A stretch of DNA of 64,000 nucleotides, from NCBI GenBank assembly GCA_021793315.1, contig JAJYSZ010000001.1, forward strand, positions 52,423 to 116,422, given 5' to 3'. Made by a program: the position numbers and the translations under genes. Positions 19,954-28,695 of this stretch are shown piece by piece. Each line of letters opens with the position of its first letter. Within the stretch, counting starts at the first letter, position 1. The DNA comes from Bacillota bacterium. GTDB taxonomy: Bacteria > Bacillota > Sulfobacillia > JAJZYS01 > JAJYTV01. Under the pieces are notes generated by a model. That model was not told the DNA's origin, did no database searches, and saw only the letters and a program-made list of their open reading frames with translations.

Positions 19954-20043
19954 CGCCGCACCTCCCGCATCTCAGGATGTCTCTCGATGCGTATGGGCGT
20001 GGCGGCACAGTTAGAACGGGCGGGCACTGCCCGCCCGCTCGCG

Positions 20044-20193
20044 CTACTCCTCAGGTTCTTCGAACTGCGTCGGCCGTGGCGCCTGGCCGCCGTTCCTGCG
20101 CAGATCGGCCGCGATCTCGTTCGCGACTTCCTGCGCAAACTGCTGCGGATCGATCTGGAGTCTCGGCTTCTGCGTCGGCCGCGTTTCCGCCAA
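20044..20193 (-). CDS. small hypothetical protein (49 aa)
   Basis: TTG start 7 nt after a GGGAGGTG RBS. LAETRPTQKPRLQIDPQQFAQEVANEIAADLRRNGGQAPRPTQFEEPEE. Below the track size cutoff. Confidence 0.3.
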   Translation of the reverse strand: MAETRPTQKPRLQIDPQQFAQEVANEIAADLRRNGGQAPRPTQFEEPEE

Positions 20194-20662
20194 TGGGCCC
20201 ACCTCCCGACGTTATGGTGACCCGCAGGACGGCAGCGCTTGCGTGAAGATGTCGGCAAAGAACCCAGGGGCGGCACCGCCCCCGCACGCGCACTGCATGC
20301 CGCGCCGCTCCTGCGGGCATGCTCGACGCGGGGGCGAATGCCGTTGCCTCTGCTCATCGCTGCAGGCCATCATCTCGGACACCACCACCATCTCATCGCA
20401 AGCGGCGCCGCAGGCGTGCCCGCGGCGCCGCTCTGGATACCCGTGCTGCTCGGCGCCATCGTCATTGTGGCGATCGGTCTCTATTGGGCTTCGACGCGCG
20501 CCTGAACGGCGGTCTGCGTAGTATGGCGCCGGGGGGTGCCGCGGATGCTCTGGGCCTACCTGGAGGTAGGTATCCTCACCGCCTGCTGGCTCGTGGTCAT
20601 GGGAATCCTGTTCGCGCGCCACTTGATGCGCACACCCGATTGATCTCAAGGGGGAGCCGGAC

Positions 20663-21454
20663 TTGTCCCGTCACATCGAAGATCGCGCGATCCACCGTCA
20701 CGGGCCGGGGTTCCTGCGGCTGGCGGCGGCCTGCGGCCTCCTGGTTTGGGCCGCGCCCGCATGGGCGCAGGCAGCCCCTCAGCCAAGCCGCACCGTTCTG
20801 AGCGAGCCGCTGCCGGTCGCAAAGCAGGAGGTAGCGCTGACGTTCGATGACGGTCCAAGTCCCGGCGCCACCCGTCAGATCCTCGACCTGCTGCGCAGCC
20901 ACGGCGCCCACGCCACCTTCTTCGTGCTGGGCGCCGAGCTGGAGCGCTTCCCGGGCCTCGGCGTCGCGGAAGCCCGCGAAGGCAACGAGGTCGCCGATCA
21001 CGGCATGACCCACAAGTCGCTGCCCAGTCTCGGCAAGGCGCGCATGCTTTACGAACTCAGGGCAACCGCCGACCTGATCCGGGAGCTCACGGGCAAGCCA
21101 CCCGCCTTCGCCCGCCCCCCGTACGGCAACATGGACCAGCGGGTCGTCCAGACAGCGAGAAGCCTGCACATGTCGGTCGCCCTCTGGACGACGGACACCC
21201 TGGACTGGCAGACCCCCGGAGCCGCCACGATCGCCCGCCGCGCCCTGCAGAACCTCAAGCCCGGTCAGATCATCCTGATGCACGACGGCGGTGGGCCGCG
21301 CCAGCAGACGGTACAGGCCGTGGGCACGATCCTCGGCGCCCTCGACGCGCGCGGCTACAAGGCGGTCACCCTGGCGCAGCTGGTGCAGGACGCGAGGCCG
21401 TCTGTCGCAAGGCATGTGGCTCCGCAGGCCCCGTCGGCGAGACTTCTTGCCTAG
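20663..21454 (+). CDS. polysaccharide deacetylase (NodB homology), secreted
   Basis: Signal peptide LLVWAAPAWAQA. NodB motifs LTFDDGP, ADHGMTHKSL, ILMHDGGG. Confidence 0.85.
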   Translation: MSRHIEDRAIHRHGPGFLRLAAACGLLVWAAPAWAQAAPQPSRTVLSEPLPVAKQEVALTFDDGPSPGATRQILDLLRSHGAHATFFVLGAELERFPGLGVAEAREGNEVADHGMTHKSLPSLGKARMLYELRATADLIRELTGKPPAFARPPYGNMDQRVVQTARSLHMSVALWTTDTLDWQTPGAATIARRALQNLKPGQIILMHDGGGPRQQTVQAVGTILGALDARGYKAVTLAQLVQDARPSVARHVAPQAPSARLLA

Positions 21455-21468
21455 GCTCGGCCGAGCGT

Positions 21469-22485
21469 TCAGAACTTCGCCAGAATCTTGACGTGGGCAG
21501 CCCTGATCAGCGACGCGACATACTGCTCCCAGGCGCTCTCCTCGTCGCCGTGCGCCTTCGTGTAGTGCACGCGCATCGCGTTGACCCCTTCCGTCGCTTG
21601 CAGGGCCAATAGCTCGCCCTTGGTCGTCGGCAGTCCCCTGGCGACGGCCTCACTCTTGACGGTGCTCAGCGGTGGGAAGAATCCCTGCGCCTTCGCCACC
21701 TGCTGCGGTACGAACTGCTGCACAAGCGCCTCGAACGCCCGCTTGCGCAGCGCCGCCGAGCCCATGCCCCTGCCCGTAAAACCCGAGAGGAACATCTCCG
21801 CCTCGGCCATCACCTTGGCGGTCACCTTCTCGCCATTGACGTAGCCGACGATGCGCGGCAGGCCGGGGTCGGTCGCCGCTACCATCTTGGCGTTTGCCTG
21901 GGCCGTGGTCGGTTGCGTCCCCATGGGATTCACGATCCCCGTGCTGTCCGTAATGACGGGGTTCGCGCCACCGTCGCCGGCCTTGGCCGGGACCCGCCAG
22001 CCCGCCAGGAGCCCTAGCACCTCGGCCCTCGCCCTCTGGCGATCGCCCGTGACCACCGCCTCGACGCAGTAGTCGATGTCGATGCCCGGAGATCCGCTCG
22101 GCCTCGCCATCACGGCCCAGTATTCGTAGGTGGTCGGGCCGTGCGGCTCCGCCGCCGGCGGCGTGCGCTCGTTGAGCGCGAACCAGGCCTTCCCGTCCGG
22201 CGTCTCGACGAACGTCTGGCTCAGGATCCGGGAGTGGTTCCCTACCGCCGAGAGTCCATAGGGGTGCTCCGGCACAGCACCCGTGACAAGGATCAGCACC
22301 GCGACGTCCTGCCATTGGACCGCCCGCATGACGCCCGCGGTCGACAGGACCTTTCCGTTCGGCAGACGCAGGGTCGAGGCGGCGATCGGCGTCGGGCTGG
22401 CCGCCTGGGCCTGGGCTACGAGAACTGACGCCCCCAGGAGGGCCACCATGGCCAGTGCGCCGCGGACGAGGCGCCTCATCGCCAT
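21469..22485 (-). CDS. secreted hypothetical protein
   Basis: Real start at ATG 22485 (AAGAGGGG RBS) giving MAMRRLVRGALAMVALLGASVLVAQAQAAS signal peptide. The upstream 215 codons in the track ORF are R/G/P-rich shadow sequence. Confidence 0.6.
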   Translation of the reverse strand: MAMRRLVRGALAMVALLGASVLVAQAQAASPTPIAASTLRLPNGKVLSTAGVMRAVQWQDVAVLILVTGAVPEHPYGLSAVGNHSRILSQTFVETPDGKAWFALNERTPPAAEPHGPTTYEYWAVMARPSGSPGIDIDYCVEAVVTGDRQRARAEVLGLLAGWRVPAKAGDGGANPVITDSTGIVNPMGTQPTTAQANAKMVAATDPGLPRIVGYVNGEKVTAKVMAEAEMFLSGFTGRGMGSAALRKRAFEALVQQFVPQQVAKAQGFFPPLSTVKSEAVARGLPTTKGELLALQATEGVNAMRVHYTKAHGDEESAWEQYVASLIRAAHVKILAKF

Positions 22486-22508
22486 CCCCTCTTTCCCGGC
22501 CGGACCTC

Positions 22509-23216
22509 CTACGAGGCGGGCTGCGGAATGTGGAGGTCTGTGCGCGTTCTTAGATGGAGCGCCTCCGCCCAGACCGCGCCCGCCTGGAGCCCCTGCGCCC
22601 TCATCTGCTCGTCGAGACGCGCGAGGTAGGGATCCTCGGGTCCGAATTGCGAGCGGTGACAGGCGATCGCACGACTGCGCGCCGCATGAGCCTCGGGGTC
22701 GAGGGGGCTCAGGACGTCCGCCCGGTCGGGGAAGTAGAAGAGGATACCCTTGACCGTCCAGGGCGCGAGTTCGTCCGGCGCGTAGTGGACGAGCCCCGAG
22801 AGCAGGGCTGCCTCCGCCACCGCAAAGCCGACCGCCCGGTGGTCCGAGTGCGCCTCGTAGCGCAGCCAGGGATCGCAGACGAAGACGAAGTCGGGCCGGC
22901 AGCGGCGGATCTCGCGCACCGCGCGGTCGCGCAGATCGTAGGCGTCGAAGGGGCCGCCGTCGGGCAGCCCGAGCATGTGGAGGCGAGCGCCGAGCACGGC
23001 CGCGGCGGCCTCCGCCTCGCCACGGCGCAGGCGGGCGACCGCGTCGGGCGGGACGCCGGGGTCCCGCGTGCCAAGCCTGCCATCCGTCACGACGGTCAGG
23101 TGCACCTCGGCGCCCCGGCGCCCAAGGCTCCAAAGTGTGCCGCCGCAGCCGAGTTCCGCATCGTCCGGATGCGGCGAGAAGGCCAGGTAGCGCTCGGATC
23201 TCCGCCAGTCCTGCAA
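22509..23216 (-). CDS. PIG-L/LmbE family N-acetylglucosaminyl deacetylase
   Basis: AFSPHPDDAELGCGGTL, HSDHRAVG motifs. Confidence 0.8.
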   Translation of the reverse strand: MQDWRRSERYLAFSPHPDDAELGCGGTLWSLGRRGAEVHLTVVTDGRLGTRDPGVPPDAVARLRRGEAEAAAAVLGARLHMLGLPDGGPFDAYDLRDRAVREIRRCRPDFVFVCDPWLRYEAHSDHRAVGFAVAEAALLSGLVHYAPDELAPWTVKGILFYFPDRADVLSPLDPEAHAARSRAIACHRSQFGPEDPYLARLDEQMRAQGLQAGAVWAEALHLRTRTDLHIPQPAS

Positions 23217-23244
23217 AGGTCCGCTCCTCCAGTCCCGACGGGAG

Positions 23245-23583
23245 CTACAGACTCAGGGAGTTCTCGAGGGGCAGCACGAAGACGACGGTGCCGCTCTCCC
23301 AGTCGCCGTAGGCGTAGGGCTGCGCCGGCCCCGCGCTCTGGCGCAGGTCCTGCACGATCTCGTCCACGTCGTCCTCGGGTGCCACCAGCACCAGCACCGC
23401 GCTGCCGCGCCTGAGAAAGCCCCCCTGGGCCAGAAGGCGCGTGAAGCGTCGCTGCCGGTGGCGCAGGAAGGTCTCCACTTTTCCCAGCCGCGGCTCAGGC
23501 ACCACGGCGATCACCTGACGCAGTCCCCCGCCGTGGTTCTCGTCCGGCACGGGTTGTCCCCCTCCGCTCTGGTCTCGCCTCAT
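23245..23583 (-). CDS. DarA/YaaQ-like PII-fold c-di-AMP receptor protein (DUF970)
   Basis: RQVIAVVPEPRLGKVETFLRHRQRRFTRLLAQGGFLRRGSAVLVLVAPEDDVDEIVQDL...SGTVVFVLPLE aligns along its length with B. subtilis DarA. The ATG at 23583 overlaps the dnaE2 stop (ATGA). Alternative GTG at 23512. Confidence 0.65.
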   Translation of the reverse strand: MRRDQSGGGQPVPDENHGGGLRQVIAVVPEPRLGKVETFLRHRQRRFTRLLAQGGFLRRGSAVLVLVAPEDDVDEIVQDLRQSAGPAQPYAYGDWESGTVVFVLPLENSLSL

Positions 23584-26500
23584 TCTACGCGCAGACCCAG
23601 GTCAGGCTCAAAGAGTTCCTCCGCACGCAGCGTGAGGCCCCGCCCGCGCCGCTGCACCCTGCCCAGGACGCCCAGAAGGGGCGGCCGCTTGCCGAAGAGC
23701 AGGTCGCCCTGGCGCCGGTAGACATCTTCCATTGCGACGAGATCCAAAAGTCCTGTCTCATCCTCGAGCATAAAGAACGCCACCACCGCACCGCTGCGCG
23801 TCGGCGGCCTGTGCGGCCGGTATGGCACGCCCGCCACGCGGACCGTCTCGCCGTGGCGCAGATGCTTGGTGAGCCCGACGCTGGCGATGCCCTGCCGCTT
23901 CAGGGCCGGTCTGGCCGCCGCCGCGAGGCGGCTGGGCCCGCGCAGGCCGAGCACGGCCTCCTGGCGCCAGAATCGCTGCCAGGGCGCGAAATCCGGCATC
24001 TCCGGCGGCACGGGAGGGAAGAGGCCGTCCGCCTCGCGCCGCGCCCCGATCTGGAGGAGCAGCCGGCGCCGGTTGCGGTCGAAGCAGTCGAGGGCTCCCC
24101 CGTCGCAGAGCGCCGCAAGCTCGTCCGCCTTGAGGCCTGTGCGGGCGGCCAGGTCCTGCAGGCTCCGGAACGGCCCTTCCCGCCGTGCCGCCAGGATGCG
24201 TTCGCGCTGCGCCGCGCCGAGGCCGCGCACGGCGCAGAGCCCTACGCGCACGGCGCCGTCGGCCTCCACCGTATAGGAAGACTCGGATCGCCTGATGTCG
24301 AGCGGCCGGAAGCGCACCCCGCGCCGCAGGGCCTCGCCGACCAGGATGTGCGGCGGGTAGTAGCCCATCGGCTGCTGCGACAGAAGCCCGGCGAAGAGCG
24401 CCTGCGGGCGGCGGGCGGAAAGCTGCGCGGTGCGCAGCGCGGTGTGCGCGAAGGCGGCGGCATGCGCCTCGGGAAAGCCGTAGCTCGCATAACCCTGCAG
24501 CATCGCGAAGATCTCCCGCGCCACCGTAGGATCGCTGCCGTTCTCGGTCGCCTTCTGACAGAAGAGTTCACCCAGGCTCTCCATCTCGGCGGCCGAGCGC
24601 GCATGCGTCATCACGCGGCGCAGCTGGTCGGACTCGCCCAGCGTGAAGCCGCCGATCGTGGTCGCGATCTCGATCACCTGCTCCTGGAAGAGCACGACGC
24701 CGTACGTCTTCTCGAGGATCGGCCTGAGGCGCGGATCGAGGTAGGTGACGCTCTCCTGCCCGGCGCGCCGCCTGAGATACGGGGTGACCATGTTGCCCTT
24801 GATCGGCCCCGGCCGGATAATCGCGAGCGCATGGACGATGTCCTCGAAACTCTTCGCGCCCATCTGCCCTTGCAGGGCGCGCTGCGCCGGGCTCTCGAGC
24901 TGGAAGAGCCCGATCGTCTCCCCCGAGGCGACGAGCGCCATCGCCGCAGGGTCTTCCGCGGCCCTGGCCTCGGCAAGATCGGGCGCGGCCCTGTACGCCT
25001 CGTCCAGCACGGCGAGCGTGCGCAGGCTGAGCAGGTCGAACTTGAGGAAGCCGAGATCCTCGACATCCACCTTGTCGAACGGCACGATCGCCACACCCTT
25101 GGCCGACAGTTGGCGCGGCGCCACCTCGTTCACGGGCTGGCGGCTCACGATCAGCCCGCCGAGGTGCGTGCCGAGATGGCGCGGCAGCCCGGCCACGGCT
25201 GCCGCCGCGCGCAGCAGCAGCGCAAGGCGCTCGGAGGCGCCGGATGCCGCCTGAAGCTCGGGAAAGAGGTCCCAGTGTTTTAGAATCGCATCAGCGGGCA
25301 TGTGCGGCAGACGGCGCTGCAGTTCCTCCACCTCCGCGGCGGGAAAGCCGAGCGCCTTGCCGAGGTCGCGCACGGCCGAACGCCCCTGAAACGTCTGGTA
25401 GGTGGCGACGCCAGCGACATGTTCCTCGCCATAGCGCTGGAAGAGGTAGGCGGCGACGCGGTCGCGCGCGCGGTGGTCGAAATCGAGGTCGATGTCGGGC
25501 CGCTCGGCCCGCTCGCGGTTCAGAAAGCGTTCGAAGAGCAGGTGCCGCGCGATCGGGTCGACCTCCGTCAGGCCAAGGCAGTAGGCGACGGCGGAGTCCG
25601 CGGCCGAGCCGCGCCCCGCGACGCGGATGCCCTCCGAGCGCGCGAAGCGGACAACATCCCAGACAAGCAGGAAGTACTCGGCGAAACCGAGCTCCGCGAT
25701 CGTGCCGAGCTCGTGCTGCAGGCGCCGCCTCACCTCCTCCCGCAGGCTGCCGTAGCGGCGGATGGCCCCCTCGTGCACCAGTTGCTCCAGCATGCCCTGC
25801 GCCGTGTGTCCCGGCGGCAAGGGATAAGCGGGGTAGAGGCGCACGCCGGGCGTGATCGGTGCGCTGCAGCGCGCTGCGATCTCGTCGGTCGCCGCAATGA
25901 GTTCCGGCCGGTCCGAGAAGCGCTCCCGCATCTCCGCCGCGGAGAGAAGGTAGCGCTCGCCGTTCAAGGGACGCTGGGGGCGCACCTCGTCGACGCTGCA
26001 GCCGAGCCGCACGCACGTCAAAAGGTCGTGCACCCAAAAATCCTCGCGCCGCAGGTGGTGCACCGCCGCGCTTGCCGCCTGCGGCAGGTCCAGGCGACGC
26101 GCAAGCTCCTCAAGTCCCGCCTCGAGAGCCAGGTCGCCAGGCAGGGCACCGCGCTGCACCTCCACATAGAGCCGGCCGGGAAACAGTTCGCGCAGGCGCC
26201 GCAGCGCCTGGTCGGCGAGATCCGGGCGCCTCGTCAGGAGCGCTCTCGCAACCGGGCCCGTACGGCCGCCGGTGAGCGCGATCAGCCCATCCTCGCCGGC
26301 AAGCGCCTGATACGGCAGGCGCGGCGCACCCCGCCGGGAGCCGAGATGTGCCGTCGTCAGCAGGCGGCAGAGCCCCGCATATCCCTCTGGACCCGTCGCG
26401 AGCAAGGTCAGGCGCGCACCGTCCGCAAGCGTCACCTCGCTGCCGGCGATGGGCTGGATGTCGAGCCGCCGCGCCGCACGGCAGAGGGACGGCACGCCGC

Positions 26501-26627
26501 TCACGCTGTCATGGTCGGTGAGGGCGATCGCCTTCTGTCCGAGCTCCGCCGCGCGCGTGGCCAGCGCCTCGGGCATCGCCGTCCCGTCCAGAAGCGAGAA
26601 GGCGGAGTGCACGTGCAGGTGCACCAA
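23580..26627 (-). CDS. dnaE2: error-prone DNA polymerase DnaE2 (Pol III alpha C-family)
   Basis: PHP domain HLHVHSAFSLLDG, full Pol III alpha core, ~1015 aa without tau/beta-binding tail. Probable TTG/GTG start near 26627 after AGGAAGGA. Track ORF runs to 26711. Confidence 0.9.
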   Translation of the reverse strand: MVHLHVHSAFSLLDGTAMPEALATRAAELGQKAIALTDHDSVSGVPSLCRAARRLDIQPIAGSEVTLADGARLTLLATGPEGYAGLCRLLTTAHLGSRRGAPRLPYQALAGEDGLIALTGGRTGPVARALLTRRPDLADQALRRLRELFPGRLYVEVQRGALPGDLALEAGLEELARRLDLPQAASAAVHHLRREDFWVHDLLTCVRLGCSVDEVRPQRPLNGERYLLSAAEMRERFSDRPELIAATDEIAARCSAPITPGVRLYPAYPLPPGHTAQGMLEQLVHEGAIRRYGSLREEVRRRLQHELGTIAELGFAEYFLLVWDVVRFARSEGIRVAGRGSAADSAVAYCLGLTEVDPIARHLLFERFLNRERAERPDIDLDFDHRARDRVAAYLFQRYGEEHVAGVATYQTFQGRSAVRDLGKALGFPAAEVEELQRRLPHMPADAILKHWDLFPELQAASGASERLALLLRAAAAVAGLPRHLGTHLGGLIVSRQPVNEVAPRQLSAKGVAIVPFDKVDVEDLGFLKFDLLSLRTLAVLDEAYRAAPDLAEARAAEDPAAMALVASGETIGLFQLESPAQRALQGQMGAKSFEDIVHALAIIRPGPIKGNMVTPYLRRRAGQESVTYLDPRLRPILEKTYGVVLFQEQVIEIATTIGGFTLGESDQLRRVMTHARSAAEMESLGELFCQKATENGSDPTVAREIFAMLQGYASYGFPEAHAAAFAHTALRTAQLSARRPQALFAGLLSQQPMGYYPPHILVGEALRRGVRFRPLDIRRSESSYTVEADGAVRVGLCAVRGLGAAQRERILAARREGPFRSLQDLAARTGLKADELAALCDGGALDCFDRNRRRLLLQIGARREADGLFPPVPPEMPDFAPWQRFWRQEAVLGLRGPSRLAAAARPALKRQGIASVGLTKHLRHGETVRVAGVPYRPHRPPTRSGAVVAFFMLEDETGLLDLVAMEDVYRRQGDLLFGKRPPLLGVLGRVQRRGRGLTLRAEELFEPDLGLRVE

Positions 26628-26753
26628 TCTGCATACGTCCTTCCTGGGGTGCGCAAAGCCTCCCCGGCGCCGGGCGACGGGAGGCGGCCAGCAGGAACCC
26701 ATCCGACCCATCCGGAACGAGCCTCAGCAGAAGGAGGCGGCGCTACGCGCGAA

Positions 26754-27263
26754 CTGACCTTCCGCCGCCTCCAGGCGGGCGATCTGCCGCTCCTCGGCTC
26801 CTGGCTCGCCCTGGAGCCGGCCCTGCGCTGGTACCAGGGCGGCAAGGCGCCGACGGCGGCGGAGCTTGAGGCGAAGTACCTGCCGCGCATCCGCGGCGAG
26901 GTGGCGGTCGCCTGCTGGATCCTGATGCGCCAGGAGCAGCCGGCCGGCTTCTTCCAGACCTATCGCCTGCGGGACTTCCCATCTCATCCAGCCGGTCCCC
27001 GACCGCGCGCCGCCGCCCTTGACTACCTGCTCGCGCCGTCGGCGCAGGGCCAGGGCCTTGCCGCCCCGGCCCTGCTCGCGTTCCTGCATCAGGTGGTGTT
27101 CGCGGCGCCGGACATCCTGCGCTGCTACGCGGATCCTGACCCGGCCAACCTCGCCTCGGTGCGCTCCCTGCGCCGCGCAGGCTTCCGCAAGAGCCCCGGG
27201 CCCCAGGCCGAAGGGGTCATGCTGCTCTCCTGCACGCGCCGCCGGGCCTTCGCTCAGTCGTAG
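26754..27263 (+). CDS. GNAT N-acetyltransferase, AAC(6')-Ib-like family
   Basis: LTFRRLQAGDLPLLGSWL...RWYQGG...YLP...LDYLLAPSAQGQGL...CYADPDPANLASVRSLRRAGF parallels AAC(6')-Ib. Strong AAGGAGG RBS at 26731-26737, but no ATG/GTG/TTG in frame between the RBS and the conserved N-terminus (candidates CTG 26754 or ACG 26745). Convergent with and overlapping the DUF4113-like ORF by 10 nt. Confidence 0.65.
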   Translation: MTFRRLQAGDLPLLGSWLALEPALRWYQGGKAPTAAELEAKYLPRIRGEVAVACWILMRQEQPAGFFQTYRLRDFPSHPAGPRPRAAALDYLLAPSAQGQGLAAPALLAFLHQVVFAAPDILRCYADPDPANLASVRSLRRAGFRKSPGPQAEGVMLLSCTRRRAFAQS

Positions 27264-27499
27264 TTGCGGGTCAGGGTCCAGTCGCGCCTCTCGAGATCGA
27301 AGAGAAGCTCGAACACGCCGCCGCCCTCGGTCTCGACGCGGTAGACCTGGCGTTCGCCGTGTCCCTCCCACCACTCGCCGGCCTCCCGCCAGGCCTCGAG
27401 CACCCGCGCGACGCGGTGCCGGCCGCGGAAGGAGAAGGCGAGCGGCGCTCCGTCCCTGCGTGCGGCCACCGGCACCGGCCGGTTCACGAGTCTCGACAT
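27254..27499 (-). CDS. DUF4113-like ImuB C-terminal domain protein, encoded as a separate ORF
   Basis: 81 aa (EAWREAGEWWEG...YRVETEGGGVFELLFDLERRDWTL). In the same frame as imuB, separated only by a TAG stop and 7 codons. Own GAGGGG RBS 6 nt before the ATG. Confidence 0.5.
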   Translation of the reverse strand: MSRLVNRPVPVAARRDGAPLAFSFRGRHRVARVLEAWREAGEWWEGHGERQVYRVETEGGGVFELLFDLERRDWTLTRNYD

Positions 27500-27520
27500 C
27501 GCATTCCCCTCGCTCTCCGT

Positions 27521-28654
27521 CTATTGCCGCAGCTCAGCCTCGCCGCGCCGGTAGGGGTCGTAGTAGGCCAGGCGCTGCTCCCGCCCGGGCAGGCGCTCCA
27601 GGGGCGGCGGCCCCGGCTTGCGCCGCTCGGGCGCCCGCGCGGCCGGATAGAAGAGACCGCGCTCCTGGCTCGGCTGCGCCTCCTCGGTCGCCGGCAGAAG
27701 GCGCAGGCAGATCTCGTGCACGCCGCCCCCGGCAGCCGCAAGGGCCATGCCGAGCAGGGTCGCCTCCAGCCGGCGCCGCTCGCGCGTCGGTTGGAGCAGG
27801 GTGCGACAGGTCGTCCTGCGGCGGGCCGCCATGTCCTCGATCGCCAGTTCGAGTGCCCCGATCGAGGGCAGGCGCCGCTGCCCGGCGGTCAGCGCCGAGA
27901 GCGCCTCCGTCACCGCCTGGGCGATCTCGACCCGGTTCGTGCAGGCCGCCTCGGGGTAGCTGCGCCGCCACGAGAGGTCCTGTGGCGGCTGCAGCGGCCG
28001 ATAGCCGATAGGCTCTTCGGCTTGCGCGAACTGCCAGAGCTCCCGCCCGACAGGGCCCACCTGCTGCCACAGGGCGCCAGCGCCGAGCGCAAGCACCTCC
28101 CCGACCGTCCTGAGTCCGAGCCCGCCAAGGCGGCGCTGCGCCGACGGCGGCAGCCAGTCGAGCGCCGCGAGCGGCAGATCGCCCCGCTCGCCCGCGCAGA
28201 CGAGTCCACCCGGCACCTCTGCGGGCACGCCGCCGCGCACCCGCGCCTTGGCAAGGCGCAGACTCTCACCCGCCGCCACGCGCACCCGCCAGCCGATGCC
28301 CCGACAGGCCGCGATCGCAGCCGGAATATCCTCCGTCGACCAGAGCTCGATCGCCATCTCGCCGATACCGCACTCCATCACGCCGCGCGCCACGGTGAAG
28401 AGACGCTGGCGCAGTTCCGCCTGCAGTTCGGCGCAGGCGGCGTCCCCGGGATCCCGGCGCCAGAGCAGTCCCAAGGCGATCAAGGCGGCCGGGGACAGTT
28501 CCTGTCCCTGTACGAGTCCGCTGCCCGCCCCCCGCTCCGAAAGATCGCGCAGGCGCCGGCCCGAAAGCACGGCAAGGGGCTTTTCGACGAGTTCGGGCTC
28601 GCGCTGCTGCAGAGCCTGGGCTCTCAGGCCGTCGACCTCCACGTATAGCAGCAT
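27521..28654 (-). CDS. imuB: ImuB-like inactive Y-family DNA polymerase, N-terminal polymerase-fold part
   Basis: MLLYVEVDGLRAQAL... Y-family fold with degenerate catalytic residues (EVD instead of DMD; GIGE instead of SLDE). 377 aa, shorter than typical ImuB because the C-terminal domain is in the next ORF. Confidence 0.8.
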   Translation of the reverse strand: MLLYVEVDGLRAQALQQREPELVEKPLAVLSGRRLRDLSERGAGSGLVQGQELSPAALIALGLLWRRDPGDAACAELQAELRQRLFTVARGVMECGIGEMAIELWSTEDIPAAIAACRGIGWRVRVAAGESLRLAKARVRGGVPAEVPGGLVCAGERGDLPLAALDWLPPSAQRRLGGLGLRTVGEVLALGAGALWQQVGPVGRELWQFAQAEEPIGYRPLQPPQDLSWRRSYPEAACTNRVEIAQAVTEALSALTAGQRRLPSIGALELAIEDMAARRRTTCRTLLQPTRERRRLEATLLGMALAAAGGGVHEICLRLLPATEEAQPSQERGLFYPAARAPERRKPGPPPLERLPGREQRLAYYDPYRRGEAELRQ

Positions 28655-28675
28655 GTGTCGCCTCGTTCCGTTTCA

Positions 28676-28687
28676 GAACATTTGTTC
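28676..28687 (-). promoter_or_regulatory. LexA (DinR/Cheo-type) SOS box in imuB promoter
   Basis: GAACATTTGTTC is a perfect GAAC-N4-GTTC palindrome. It sits 8 nt downstream of the -10 and about 22 nt upstream of the imuB ATG. Confidence 0.7.
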
Positions 28688-28695
28688 TTATTCGG

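Noticed and set aside
19988-20010. GGGCGGG-CACTG-CCCGCCC hairpin
   Set aside because: It has no flanking U-tract on either strand and lies upstream of a gene start, so I did not call it a terminator. It could be a regulatory or REP-like element.
22486-23133. 215-codon N-terminal extension of the secreted-protein ORF
   Set aside because: It is R/G/P-rich and overlaps the LmbE-like gene. A good RBS and signal peptide define the real start at 22485.
26628-26760. Search for a second LexA box in front of dnaE2
   Set aside because: No GAAC-N4-GTTC or close variant is present. Only the imuB promoter carries a Cheo box.
25302-27263. 653-aa plus-strand ORF
   Set aside because: Only the last ~170 codons (the GNAT) look genuine. 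The upstream 480 codons are antisense to dnaE2 and R/G-rich.
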